Source: Alphaproteobacteria bacterium
GTDB taxonomy: Bacteria; Pseudomonadota; Alphaproteobacteria; Paracaedibacterales; CAIOTO01
DNA: 64,000 nt
Assembly (NCBI GenBank): GCA_947488275.1
Contig: CANKZX010000001.1
Coordinates: 447 to 64,446 of the forward strand
Reading direction: 5' to 3'
In this document: positions 30,494-40,013 of the stretch, piece after piece
How positions within the stretch are numbered: the stretch's first letter is position 1
How the letters are laid out: every line of letters begins with the position of its first letter
The notes under the pieces: model-generated
Database searches by the model: none
Seen by the model: the letters and a program-made list of their open reading frames with translations, nothing else
What the model was told of the DNA's origin: nothing
Translations under genes and position numbers: made by a program

Positions 30494-30774
30494 ATAAGTT
30501 TAAAATCCTTTACTATTTCCATACAACCCAGCTGTTTAAATGTATGAATCAACTCTGCGGATGGTAATTCAATCGTGTACGAAAGCTCTTTTTGCTGAAA
30601 GGTTTTTGCCGCTGATACCAAAACTTGCACACCTGCAGCGCCAATCCGTTCAACATCCTCAGCCACAATGCAAATCCCCTCACCTTTTTCAAGGTGATCT
30701 ATCAGTTTTTGGTGCACGCGATTGCATTCCGCCTGATTAACAATCGATGCAAGGTGAATTTTCTGAATTCCCAT
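30490..30774 (-). CDS. STAS-like small protein at head of che operon (positional equivalent of alpha-proteobacterial cheS/orf2)
   Basis: About 94 aa; VERIGAAGVQVLVSAAKTF resembles STAS core; precedes cheY as in Sinorhizobium/Agrobacterium che1. Confidence 0.6.
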   Translation of the reverse strand: MGIQKIHLASIVNQAECNRVHQKLIDHLEKGEGICIVAEDVERIGAAGVQVLVSAAKTFQQKELSYTIELPSAELIHTFKQLGCMEIVKDFKLI

Positions 30775-30940
30775 ACATATACTTCTTTTCGTATGCACAA
30801 CGATGCGCCTACATATTCCTTATTTGATACTATAAAAAATTAATTAACATACCGTTAAAAGAAAATAGGGGGTATACTTCCCTTGTCGAATAGGGCAGAC
30901 TAATTAACACATTAAAATAAGCGTAAAATTGAAAGAAAAC

Positions 30941-31396
30941 ATGATAACTGTATTTATTGGACTTGGTAGTAATATTGGCGATAAAATGAACTATTTATAT
31001 TTAGCCAAAGAAGGTCTTTCAACGATTATGAACATAAACCATACATCATCTATTATTGAAACCGCACCGCTCTATGTAACAGAGCAACCTGCTTTCTTAA
31101 ATCAAGTCATATCAGGTGAAACAACTCTGTCCATTATAGATTTATTGAGCTATATCACACAGCTTCAACAAACAATCGGACGTACCATAACATACCGAAA
31201 CGGCCCACGGGAAATCGATATTGATATTCTTTATTATGGCAATCTAATCTTAGAATCACCTGATATAACCGTGCCACACCCGCGTATTAATGAACGCCTA
31301 TTCGTCTTAGAGCCAATGTGTGAAATCGCGCCAAATTGGCGATGTCCTATCACAAAAATGACCATGAAAGAATTATTGCTTAACTATCCTGCATAA
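30941..31396 (+). CDS. folK: 2-amino-4-hydroxy-6-hydroxymethyldihydropteridine diphosphokinase
   Basis: VFIGLGSNIGD, GPREIDIDILYYG, VPHPRINERLFVLEP motifs. Confidence 0.92.
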   Translation: MITVFIGLGSNIGDKMNYLYLAKEGLSTIMNINHTSSIIETAPLYVTEQPAFLNQVISGETTLSIIDLLSYITQLQQTIGRTITYRNGPREIDIDILYYGNLILESPDITVPHPRINERLFVLEPMCEIAPNWRCPITKMTMKELLLNYPA

Positions 31397-31467
31397 AATT
31401 ATATTATTTTATTTAAATATTATCAATTTGTTAATATTATCACTTTACAATTTATATATAAAATAAA

Positions 31468-33021
31468 ATGACTGTGGTGGTTACGATGATAATTCATTTT
31501 TTATACACGCTCTTAATTTCATCGTTTACGTGCAATCAAATGCATGCTTTTATGTTGGATGTTCCATCACCACAAAATAATAGAAATCAGTACTCCATTA
31601 TTAATCTCAATCTTGATACAATCATAAAAATCACACGTTCTTACCAGTATGATGAACGCACGGTTGCTAAAATTACCCCCTCTGAAACACCTGAGAAATT
31701 TGTGGCATCCGCAACAATTGCCGATGACAAAGCAAAGGCCGAATTAGACGTGGCAGACAGGCATCGTAATCACGGCACCAATTTTGCGTATGTGTCATCA
31801 ATTAACGAATCTTTTCGCCTTTATGAAAAAGTAATGAATGACACGGATGTCAGCCCTGATCTTAGAGTCCGCGCTAAAATTAATTACGCCGAAATGTATC
31901 CATATGTCAATATTGACGATTACAGCAGCCTTGCCATTCAACAACGCAAAACAGAAACAATACAGCTTTTTGATGATGCACTACAAAATAGCCAAATCTC
32001 TCCAGACATGAAAGGCTGGTGCAAACGGCATTTTGCGCGCCTACTTCTCAGTTATAATTTTGATATTGAACCCGCACAGGCAAAACAAAGGGCGCTGACC
32101 TTACTTAATGAAGTAATTGACGATAAAACCGCAAGCATTGAAACACGCACACGGGCACGCCTACAGCTTGCTTCACATTTTATTGATTTTCATTTTGACA
32201 TTCCAAAACCAGAATCGATTGCAAAGGCAACCCAAATTTTAACCGATATTTTAAAAGACACAACCACACCTGCCGACCTTAAAGGAGAGGCTATTGTGCG
32301 AATGGTCAACATCGAAAAGCCAGATGAAGACCCCTATTATACGCAAAAACTAAAATTACTGAATGAAATGATTGTTGATGCGACCTATTCGATTGCCCTT
32401 CGTTCCCGTATTAAAGATGATCTTGCCGATGCTTATCTATCTGGTAAATTTGATGTTAAGCAAAGCGAATCCTTAGCTGCCGCCTTAAAATTACGTCAAG
32501 AATTAGCAGGTGATATGAACCTCGATGAAATTGATCGTTTTAAATATCAGGAAAAACTCGCCATTTGCCATGTGTTTAATTTGTTTAGAATTAAACAAAC
32601 CGATGCCGAAAAAAGCGCTATGGCAACATTCCAGCTCATGATGAAAAATACATCCGTATCGATTAATGCACTTGCCGAAGTAAAAGGGCAGCTTGCCCAT
32701 TTCTTCATTCAAAAATACCTAACACCTGATAATGGCAAGGATCCCAAAACAGCAGCATTTGATTTAATTAATGAACCGATTAACGATGTTCACGTTAGCC
32801 GCGATCTATGGTATTCCTTTAAAATGAAGATTATTGAATGGCACGAGAGATCCTATGCCATTATTGGTATGAGCAAACGCGCAGGTCGTGAAGAAGCCAT
32901 TCGTCTTGCGATTGAATTGCAAAATGACGAACGCCTAACCCCTAAGCAAAAAGAAAATGTTCAGCAGAAACTAGATCATTTAAATTACATTAGACGGCAA
33001 GATCACGTTCGTTTTTATTAA
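31468..33021 (+). CDS. Secreted alpha-helical repeat (solenoid-like) protein, unknown function
   Basis: Hydrophobic N-terminus; about 45-50 aa periodicity of D...S.d.R.RA...LA..Y....FDI; no homolog recognised. Confidence 0.65.
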   Translation: MTVVVTMIIHFLYTLLISSFTCNQMHAFMLDVPSPQNNRNQYSIINLNLDTIIKITRSYQYDERTVAKITPSETPEKFVASATIADDKAKAELDVADRHRNHGTNFAYVSSINESFRLYEKVMNDTDVSPDLRVRAKINYAEMYPYVNIDDYSSLAIQQRKTETIQLFDDALQNSQISPDMKGWCKRHFARLLLSYNFDIEPAQAKQRALTLLNEVIDDKTASIETRTRARLQLASHFIDFHFDIPKPESIAKATQILTDILKDTTTPADLKGEAIVRMVNIEKPDEDPYYTQKLKLLNEMIVDATYSIALRSRIKDDLADAYLSGKFDVKQSESLAAALKLRQELAGDMNLDEIDRFKYQEKLAICHVFNLFRIKQTDAEKSAMATFQLMMKNTSVSINALAEVKGQLAHFFIQKYLTPDNGKDPKTAAFDLINEPINDVHVSRDLWYSFKMKIIEWHERSYAIIGMSKRAGREEAIRLAIELQNDERLTPKQKENVQQKLDHLNYIRRQDHVRFY

Positions 33022-33213
33022 GACGCTTCTTTCATCTTTATTTTTATCTTCTCTTCCACAGGCATTGTCCATAGGTCTTTTTATGTTCATGCCTTTTAAA
33101 AAAATCAACATATTTTTACACAATAATCATTTTAACTATTGAATTATCAAATAAAATGATCATATAAATAATCAAAGTATGTAATAAACTGCTTAAACTT
33201 TTCATAAAGGATA

Positions 33214-34455
33214 ATGTATATGACATTTTATAAATTATTACTAAGTGCATTTCTAATTGCACCAGCATTTGCCACTACAAGTGATGTTAGAGATATCTCT
33301 CCTGAAGCCATATCTAGTTCAGCACAAGACGGTTACATACCTTATGCCACTGAAATTAAAAATCATTTAGATACATCAACACAAGCAGGTTATAAAAATG
33401 TTTTGGTAATAGGCGCCACACCTGACGAAGGTGTCCATTTTGATTTGAGAAGCTTAGGAAGCATATCTACTGTTGTTTATTCAGGTTATATGAACGGAAC
33501 AGAATATGAATGCAGCACATATTTATATGGACTAAGCAACACGGATCTAAGCATGGAATATAAACCAAGTTCTCCTTTTATTTCCATAAATTACAATCAT
33601 AACGAACAACGCGCTGCTTTTGCCTCCGTCGCAAGAGATAGTTTTGATCTTATTCTTACGGATGGCAACGTATGTGGCTATTTACAATGGAATGCAGCAA
33701 TGGTAAATGATTTAGTTTCAATGCTAAAACCTGGTGGACAATTATTTTTTGATGGTCATGTTAGTACGGAGGATGATATCTTTTCAAGGATTGTAATCGG
33801 TATTGAAAAGAATAGCCTTGATGGAATTGAAAAACGTAGTAATTGCACATGTTATCACAATCCAGAAGAAGGACGATATGTACCTGTACTTCGCACAGTA
33901 CGAGACTTAATTAATGGGTATTATTTCAATCCCATGAAAAGCGCTGAACGATCATCAGATCCTTGGAATCAACTCGTAAAACAACGAACACGTCCCTCTT
34001 TCTTCGACATTCAACCTGGCTTTATCCGTGCACCAAAAGAAGGCGTCCGTCTCTCAGATGCTCACTTAACAAGGGGCGCTTATATATACCAATCATCAAA
34101 TCATGAAATTGATGCAGAAATAAGCCATATACTTACTCCACAAATAACTGAATTGAATAGCCTTCAGGCACGTTATGCTGATCTAACGCCAGAAGATAAA
34201 GATAAGCTAGAAATACTCCGAAAAGAATACCTTGCTATGTACGATTCATTAAAACAAGAGAAATATAAAATTGATGCAGATTTAATCCATGCTATTGATG
34301 AATCTCATTTATGCTACCTCAATGAATGGTTTGGTGAACATATTACTTTTCCATGCACAATTGAAAGAGATGTGGCTGCAGCACGCATTAAAGCCTTGCG
34401 ACCCAATTCAAAATATGGCTATTTTTATACAACAATTGTGACACGTCTTTCTTAA
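33214..34455 (+). CDS. Secreted protein with degenerate class-I methyltransferase-like motifs
   Basis: Signal peptide ..LLSAFLIAPAFA; KNVLVIGATPDEG, FDLILTDGNV, LKPGGQLFFDG in the order and spacing of MTase motifs I, III/IV and post-IV. Confidence 0.6.
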   Translation: MYMTFYKLLLSAFLIAPAFATTSDVRDISPEAISSSAQDGYIPYATEIKNHLDTSTQAGYKNVLVIGATPDEGVHFDLRSLGSISTVVYSGYMNGTEYECSTYLYGLSNTDLSMEYKPSSPFISINYNHNEQRAAFASVARDSFDLILTDGNVCGYLQWNAAMVNDLVSMLKPGGQLFFDGHVSTEDDIFSRIVIGIEKNSLDGIEKRSNCTCYHNPEEGRYVPVLRTVRDLINGYYFNPMKSAERSSDPWNQLVKQRTRPSFFDIQPGFIRAPKEGVRLSDAHLTRGAYIYQSSNHEIDAEISHILTPQITELNSLQARYADLTPEDKDKLEILRKEYLAMYDSLKQEKYKIDADLIHAIDESHLCYLNEWFGEHITFPCTIERDVAAARIKALRPNSKYGYFYTTIVTRLS

Positions 34456-34563
34456 TAAAGAAATACAGCCTCCCTATCATGAATCAAAATATTGGTTTAT
34501 GGTGGGGATTGTGCTATGAATTGGCATATACACTTTAAAATAAACACTTAATGGGGAACGTGC

Positions 34564-35481
34564 ATGGTTGTTATCGCCGCCTTATATCACTTTACAAACT
34601 TACATGACTGCGAATCATGGCATCAACACTTAAAAGATCTATGCACAGACTTGAAAATAAAGGGCATTCTTCTGTTGGCGCCAGAGGGAATTAACGGCAC
34701 TGTCGCAGGCAGCCGCGATGCTATTGATACATTACTTAGCACTCTCAAAAGCGACAATCGTTTTTCTGAACTGATTCACAAAGAATCATTCGCTGACAAA
34801 ATGCCATTCTTTCGCTTAAAAGTTCGGTTAAAAAACGAAATCGTCACTATGCGCATGCCAGAGGCTAACCCCAGCAAAATTGTCGGTACATACGTTGATC
34901 CAAAAGACTGGAATGCGGTTATTTCAGACCCAGATATTATCGTGTTGGATACACGCAATGACTATGAAGTTAAAATTGGCACATTCAAAGGCGCACTCAA
35001 CCCTAAAACGGATGTGTTTGTTGAATTTCCTGATTATGTACGTAAAAACCTCGATGTCACCAAAAATAAAAAAATTGCCATGTTTTGCACAGGTGGTATT
35101 CGCTGCGAAAAGGCGAGTGCCTTTATGAAATATGAAGGATTCGAAGAAGTCTATCACCTTAAAGGCGGGATTTTAAAATACCTTGAAGATGTTCCCAAAG
35201 AAGAAAGTTTGTGGGAAGGTGAATGCTTTGTATTTGATAACCGTGTTAGTGTTAATCATGACTTAATGCCAGGGGATCACGTATCGTGCTATGCATGCCG
35301 CATGCCTTTATCGCCTGAAGAACGCCTTTCAGAACACTATATCGAAGGCATTCAATGTCATCATTGCCATGATATTTTAACGGACAAAGCGCGAAAAGGC
35401 AATATGGAACGTCAACGTCAGGTCGTTTTGGCAGCCGAACGTCATCAACAACATATCGGTACGACAAGGCATCGTGCCTGA
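34564..35481 (+). CDS. trhO: Rhodanese-domain tRNA uridine(34) hydroxylase TrhO (UPF0176/YceA)
   Basis: [30 protein letters not shown] active-site loop, C-terminal Cys cluster. Confidence 0.88.
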   Translation: MVVIAALYHFTNLHDCESWHQHLKDLCTDLKIKGILLLAPEGINGTVAGSRDAIDTLLSTLKSDNRFSELIHKESFADKMPFFRLKVRLKNEIVTMRMPEANPSKIVGTYVDPKDWNAVISDPDIIVLDTRNDYEVKIGTFKGALNPKTDVFVEFPDYVRKNLDVTKNKKIAMFCTGGIRCEKASAFMKYEGFEEVYHLKGGILKYLEDVPKEESLWEGECFVFDNRVSVNHDLMPGDHVSCYACRMPLSPEERLSEHYIEGIQCHHCHDILTDKARKGNMERQRQVVLAAERHQQHIGTTRHRA

Positions 35482-35637
35482 TATATTCTGCACCTCTTCG
35501 ATGATTTAACGAATTTCTTCTAATCATTTAGTGTTTCTTGTCATGTTTGGACGCGATCCGAACATCTCTACAGCTAAGGTTGACATAGTTGCTTGTTACC
35601 GTGTACCCAATGTTTGTTTTTGAAACAAGATCCTCGT

Positions 35638-35800
35638 GTCAAGCACGAGGAAAACATGGCGGGAGCCAGGGTCGAGTACGAGAAAAACATGGTGAGTGCA
35701 GGGTCAAGCACGAGGAAAACACAATACAAAACCCCTCCCCTTTGTTTTCCGCGGACGTGATCCGCGGATCTAGCGCCCACATCGAGCACGAGCCATACAT
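35638..35800. repeat. Intergenic tandem array of about 32-bp units (3 good + 1 degenerate)
   Basis: GTCAAGCACGAGGAAAACATGGCGGGAGCCAGG / GTCGAGTACGAGAAAAACATGGTGAGTGCAGG / GTCAAGCACGAGGAAAACAC.. / ATCGAGCACGAGCCATACAT. Confidence 0.75.
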
Positions 35801-35882
35801 AAAAAGGAAGGATAATTGATCAATTCAAAAAATAAAATTCACAACATAATCTAAACAGGCATAAACCGAGCTATGCTTAAAC

Positions 35883-36497
35883 CTAAGTCAACTGGTCAAT
35901 AACAGCCTGTAATTTTTCCTCTGGCGTTCCTGCTGTTTGTTTTTTATAACGCGCTGTAATCTCATCACGCTCAAATAAGAAAAGGGAAAAATTACCTTCA
36001 AACGTAATCTCTATAATCTTATTCGTTTTCGTCGTTACATCAAAACTAGCATTCCATTCAGCACCCGTTGCAGGATCTTTTAAAACAACCTTAACATTAT
36101 ATTTTACTTTACTTTTAGGCTGCACCTTTGTTTTTGAATCATCCAATAAAAGCGTTTTAAATTTATTAATTGATTCAGATGTCGCATATTTCTTAATCAC
36201 ATATGCCTTAAAATTTTTCTCAAAGTTACTTTTCTTCGCCTGCACAAGTTCCTTTGTTTTATCACGACCAATTTCCGCAATTAAAAGCTTTTTGACACCA
36301 AGCAATGCTTTATCAGAGATTTCCGAAAAATCAAAACGTTCTTCAATAACAGGCGCTAAATTCGTCGATCCGTTTTCAGTTGATTCTTTTAGCTTTTCAA
36401 TCAATGCAATTACTTGTGTCTTAGCATCGTCAGCCGCAAATGAATTCAAACAAAATGTTGAGACAAAAGCAATCATATAAAAAACTATTTTTTTCAT
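35883..36497 (-). CDS. Periplasmic protein, possibly MlaC/Ttg2D-like lipid-binding
   Basis: Signal peptide ..FCLNSFA; size and motif order (FDFSEISDKALLG ... F..F..YVIKKY ... EITFEGNFSLF) similar to MlaC. Confidence 0.45.
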   Translation of the reverse strand: MKKIVFYMIAFVSTFCLNSFAADDAKTQVIALIEKLKESTENGSTNLAPVIEERFDFSEISDKALLGVKKLLIAEIGRDKTKELVQAKKSNFEKNFKAYVIKKYATSESINKFKTLLLDDSKTKVQPKSKVKYNVKVVLKDPATGAEWNASFDVTTKTNKIIEITFEGNFSLFLFERDEITARYKKQTAGTPEEKLQAVIDQLT

Positions 36498-36561
36498 GCA
36501 TTAATTCCTTTTTTATTTGATATCGTTTAGTATAATAAATAAAAGTTAATATAATGTAAAA

Positions 36562-36581
36562 GGGGCAGATTTCTCTGCCCC
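36562..36581 (-). terminator. Rho-independent terminator after groEL
   Basis: GGGGCAGA-GAAA-TCTGCCCC then TTTTAC on minus strand, 48 bp after groEL stop. Confidence 0.75.
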
Positions 36582-36628
36582 AGTCATATGTGCATCGATG
36601 TGCCTAATCTATCATTATTTAAATGATA

Positions 36629-38311
<1,683 letters not shown>

Positions 38312-38319
38312 TTAATGTT

Positions 38320-38619
38320 TTATGCAGCCTTTGATGTAATCACACCAACAATGTCGGATTCTTTCATCACAAGGTATTCTGTCCCATCGATTTTAATCTC
38401 GGTACCTGACCATTTGCCAAAAAGAACGCGATCACCTGTTTTAACATCCATTGGAATAATGGATCCTGATTCAGTACGTGCACCTGTTCCAACAGCGACA
38501 ACTTCACCTTCAACTGGCTTTTCTTTTGCTGTTTCAGGGATGATGAGACCACTTGCGGTCTTCGTTTCTGACTCGAGGCGTTTAACAACGATACGGTCGT
38601 GAAGGGGTCTGAAATTCAT
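38320..38619 (-). CDS. groES: Co-chaperonin GroES
   Basis: [26 protein letters not shown]. Confidence 0.98.
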   Translation of the reverse strand: MNFRPLHDRIVVKRLESETKTASGLIIPETAKEKPVEGEVVAVGTGARTESGSIIPMDVKTGDRVLFGKWSGTEIKIDGTEYLVMKESDIVGVITSKAA

Positions 38620-38643
38620 ATTTCCTCCTTAATGGGGTTAATG

Positions 38644-38670
38644 TTAGCACTCTGTGTATACGAGTGCTAA
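38644..38670. promoter_or_regulatory. CIRCE operator (HrcA binding site)
   Basis: Perfect TTAGCACTC-N9-GAGTGCTAA 25 bp upstream of groES; TTGACA (38692..38697, minus strand) lies about 17 nt before a TAAATT -10-like hexamer abutting it. Confidence 0.88.
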
Positions 38671-38816
38671 TTTAATAGGAACACCGATACCTGTCAAGGG
38701 GGTATGCAACACTTTTTTAAAAAATAGGAAGATTATCTAAAACAGCAACACCAATACATCCACCACGAATATCCTCGATTGTCATTGTCTGATTTTTCAA
38801 TTTGATTATCTATAAA

Positions 38817-39599
38817 CTATTTAATTTCTTCTGTCACACGTACACCATTGCTATAAATAAATGCACCATTAGAATCAGAATAATTATAGCTATACACCCC
38901 AAGCAAATCTTCACCAATATGAATACCGCCCCCACTTTGCCCTTTATGAGTCTTTATTTTATAGTGAAGGCATTTGTCATCTTCACACTCCTCTACCAAT
39001 TTGAATGCTGTACACATTCTCCTACCCTGATAATTCAAATAATCAGGATAACCTTTTAGATGAATAGCGGCATTTCTAAAATAATCATTACTTTCTACAC
39101 AAACAGTATACCATCCTGTTTTTAACCCAATTTTGTATTTAAGTTCCAGAACAGCTATATCATACGTATAAGATTCATCTTGATCATTGTCTTCATTCGT
39201 CCATTTAGGATGAATATGATATTGTTTTACCTTTGAAGAAACACTACATGGATTATAGCTACTATAAGAAATAGGAGAACAACCATCATGAAAAGCAGGA
39301 AAGAACAATATTTCATAAGGTACTTTTCTATGATACATTCTATGCTGCTTGTCCTCTTCCGTATCATTTCTCACAAAAACATTGTGCGCCGCTGTCAAAA
39401 CACACGTATCACTAACCATGGTAGCACTTGCCCAAAAGACACGACTATCACCACCTGGTGTAATATTTGCAAATAGCATCCTTAATCTACCATGCGAAGA
39501 AAATTCCTCCACATTAGATACAGGAACCATATCAACACTTGCATTAGCTAAAAAATAAAAATGAAAGATAAAAAATAAAAACAGAGTTTTAAAAAACAT
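38817..39599 (-). CDS. Secreted S1-family (trypsin/V8 glutamyl-endopeptidase-like) serine protease
   Basis: Signal peptide MFFKTLFLFFIFHFYFLANA; catalytic triad contexts LTAAHNV (His), YDIAVLEL (Asp), KGQSGGG (Ser). Confidence 0.8.
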   Translation of the reverse strand: MFFKTLFLFFIFHFYFLANASVDMVPVSNVEEFSSHGRLRMLFANITPGGDSRVFWASATMVSDTCVLTAAHNVFVRNDTEEDKQHRMYHRKVPYEILFFPAFHDGCSPISYSSYNPCSVSSKVKQYHIHPKWTNEDNDQDESYTYDIAVLELKYKIGLKTGWYTVCVESNDYFRNAAIHLKGYPDYLNYQGRRMCTAFKLVEECEDDKCLHYKIKTHKGQSGGGIHIGEDLLGVYSYNYSDSNGAFIYSNGVRVTEEIK

Positions 39600-39606
39600 A
39601 GATTAG

Positions 39607-39891
39607 TTAATATTTAGATGAATAAAAAAGATTAAGAAAAAAAGTTAAAACAGCTGATCTTTGCTCTTCAATAACAAAAGTTGTTACATCATCCGAAGTC
39701 ACTTCACTCACTTTAGGTATAACCCGAGAATCATGCATATCTTTTCTTACAATACATAAATCACGAAAACCTATTTGCGTAGTACCATCGACATCTAATG
39801 TCGTCACTGCTGCCTCGACCTTTTCACAAAAGAAAGGCAACACAACGACGATAAACATAAAAATTATCTTACGCGTTTTATCTTTTCCCAA
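39607..39891 (-). CDS. Small hypothetical protein with N-terminal signal/anchor
   Basis: 94 aa, IIFMFIVVVLPFFCEKVEA; 7 bp upstream of protease gene. Confidence 0.5.
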   Translation of the reverse strand: MGKDKTRKIIFMFIVVVLPFFCEKVEAAVTTLDVDGTTQIGFRDLCIVRKDMHDSRVIPKVSEVTSDDVTTFVIEEQRSAVLTFFLNLFYSSKY

Positions 39892-40013
39892 TAAAACTAT
39901 TATCTATGGCACATAATACACTTTATTGAGATTAATTACCACTTAATAATATAAAGAAAAAAACTAAAAATTCTATTCAAATGCTAAATTATACAACAAA
40001 AGTCTAGCACAAA

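Noticed and set aside
35638-35800. Possible CRISPR array
   Set aside because: The units abut one another without unique spacers, there are only 3-4 diverging copies, and no cas genes are in the window.
39607-39891. PAAR spike-tip protein downstream of vgrG
   Set aside because: It has no PAAR or Gly-rich beta motifs. It has a hydrophobic N-terminal signal or anchor instead.
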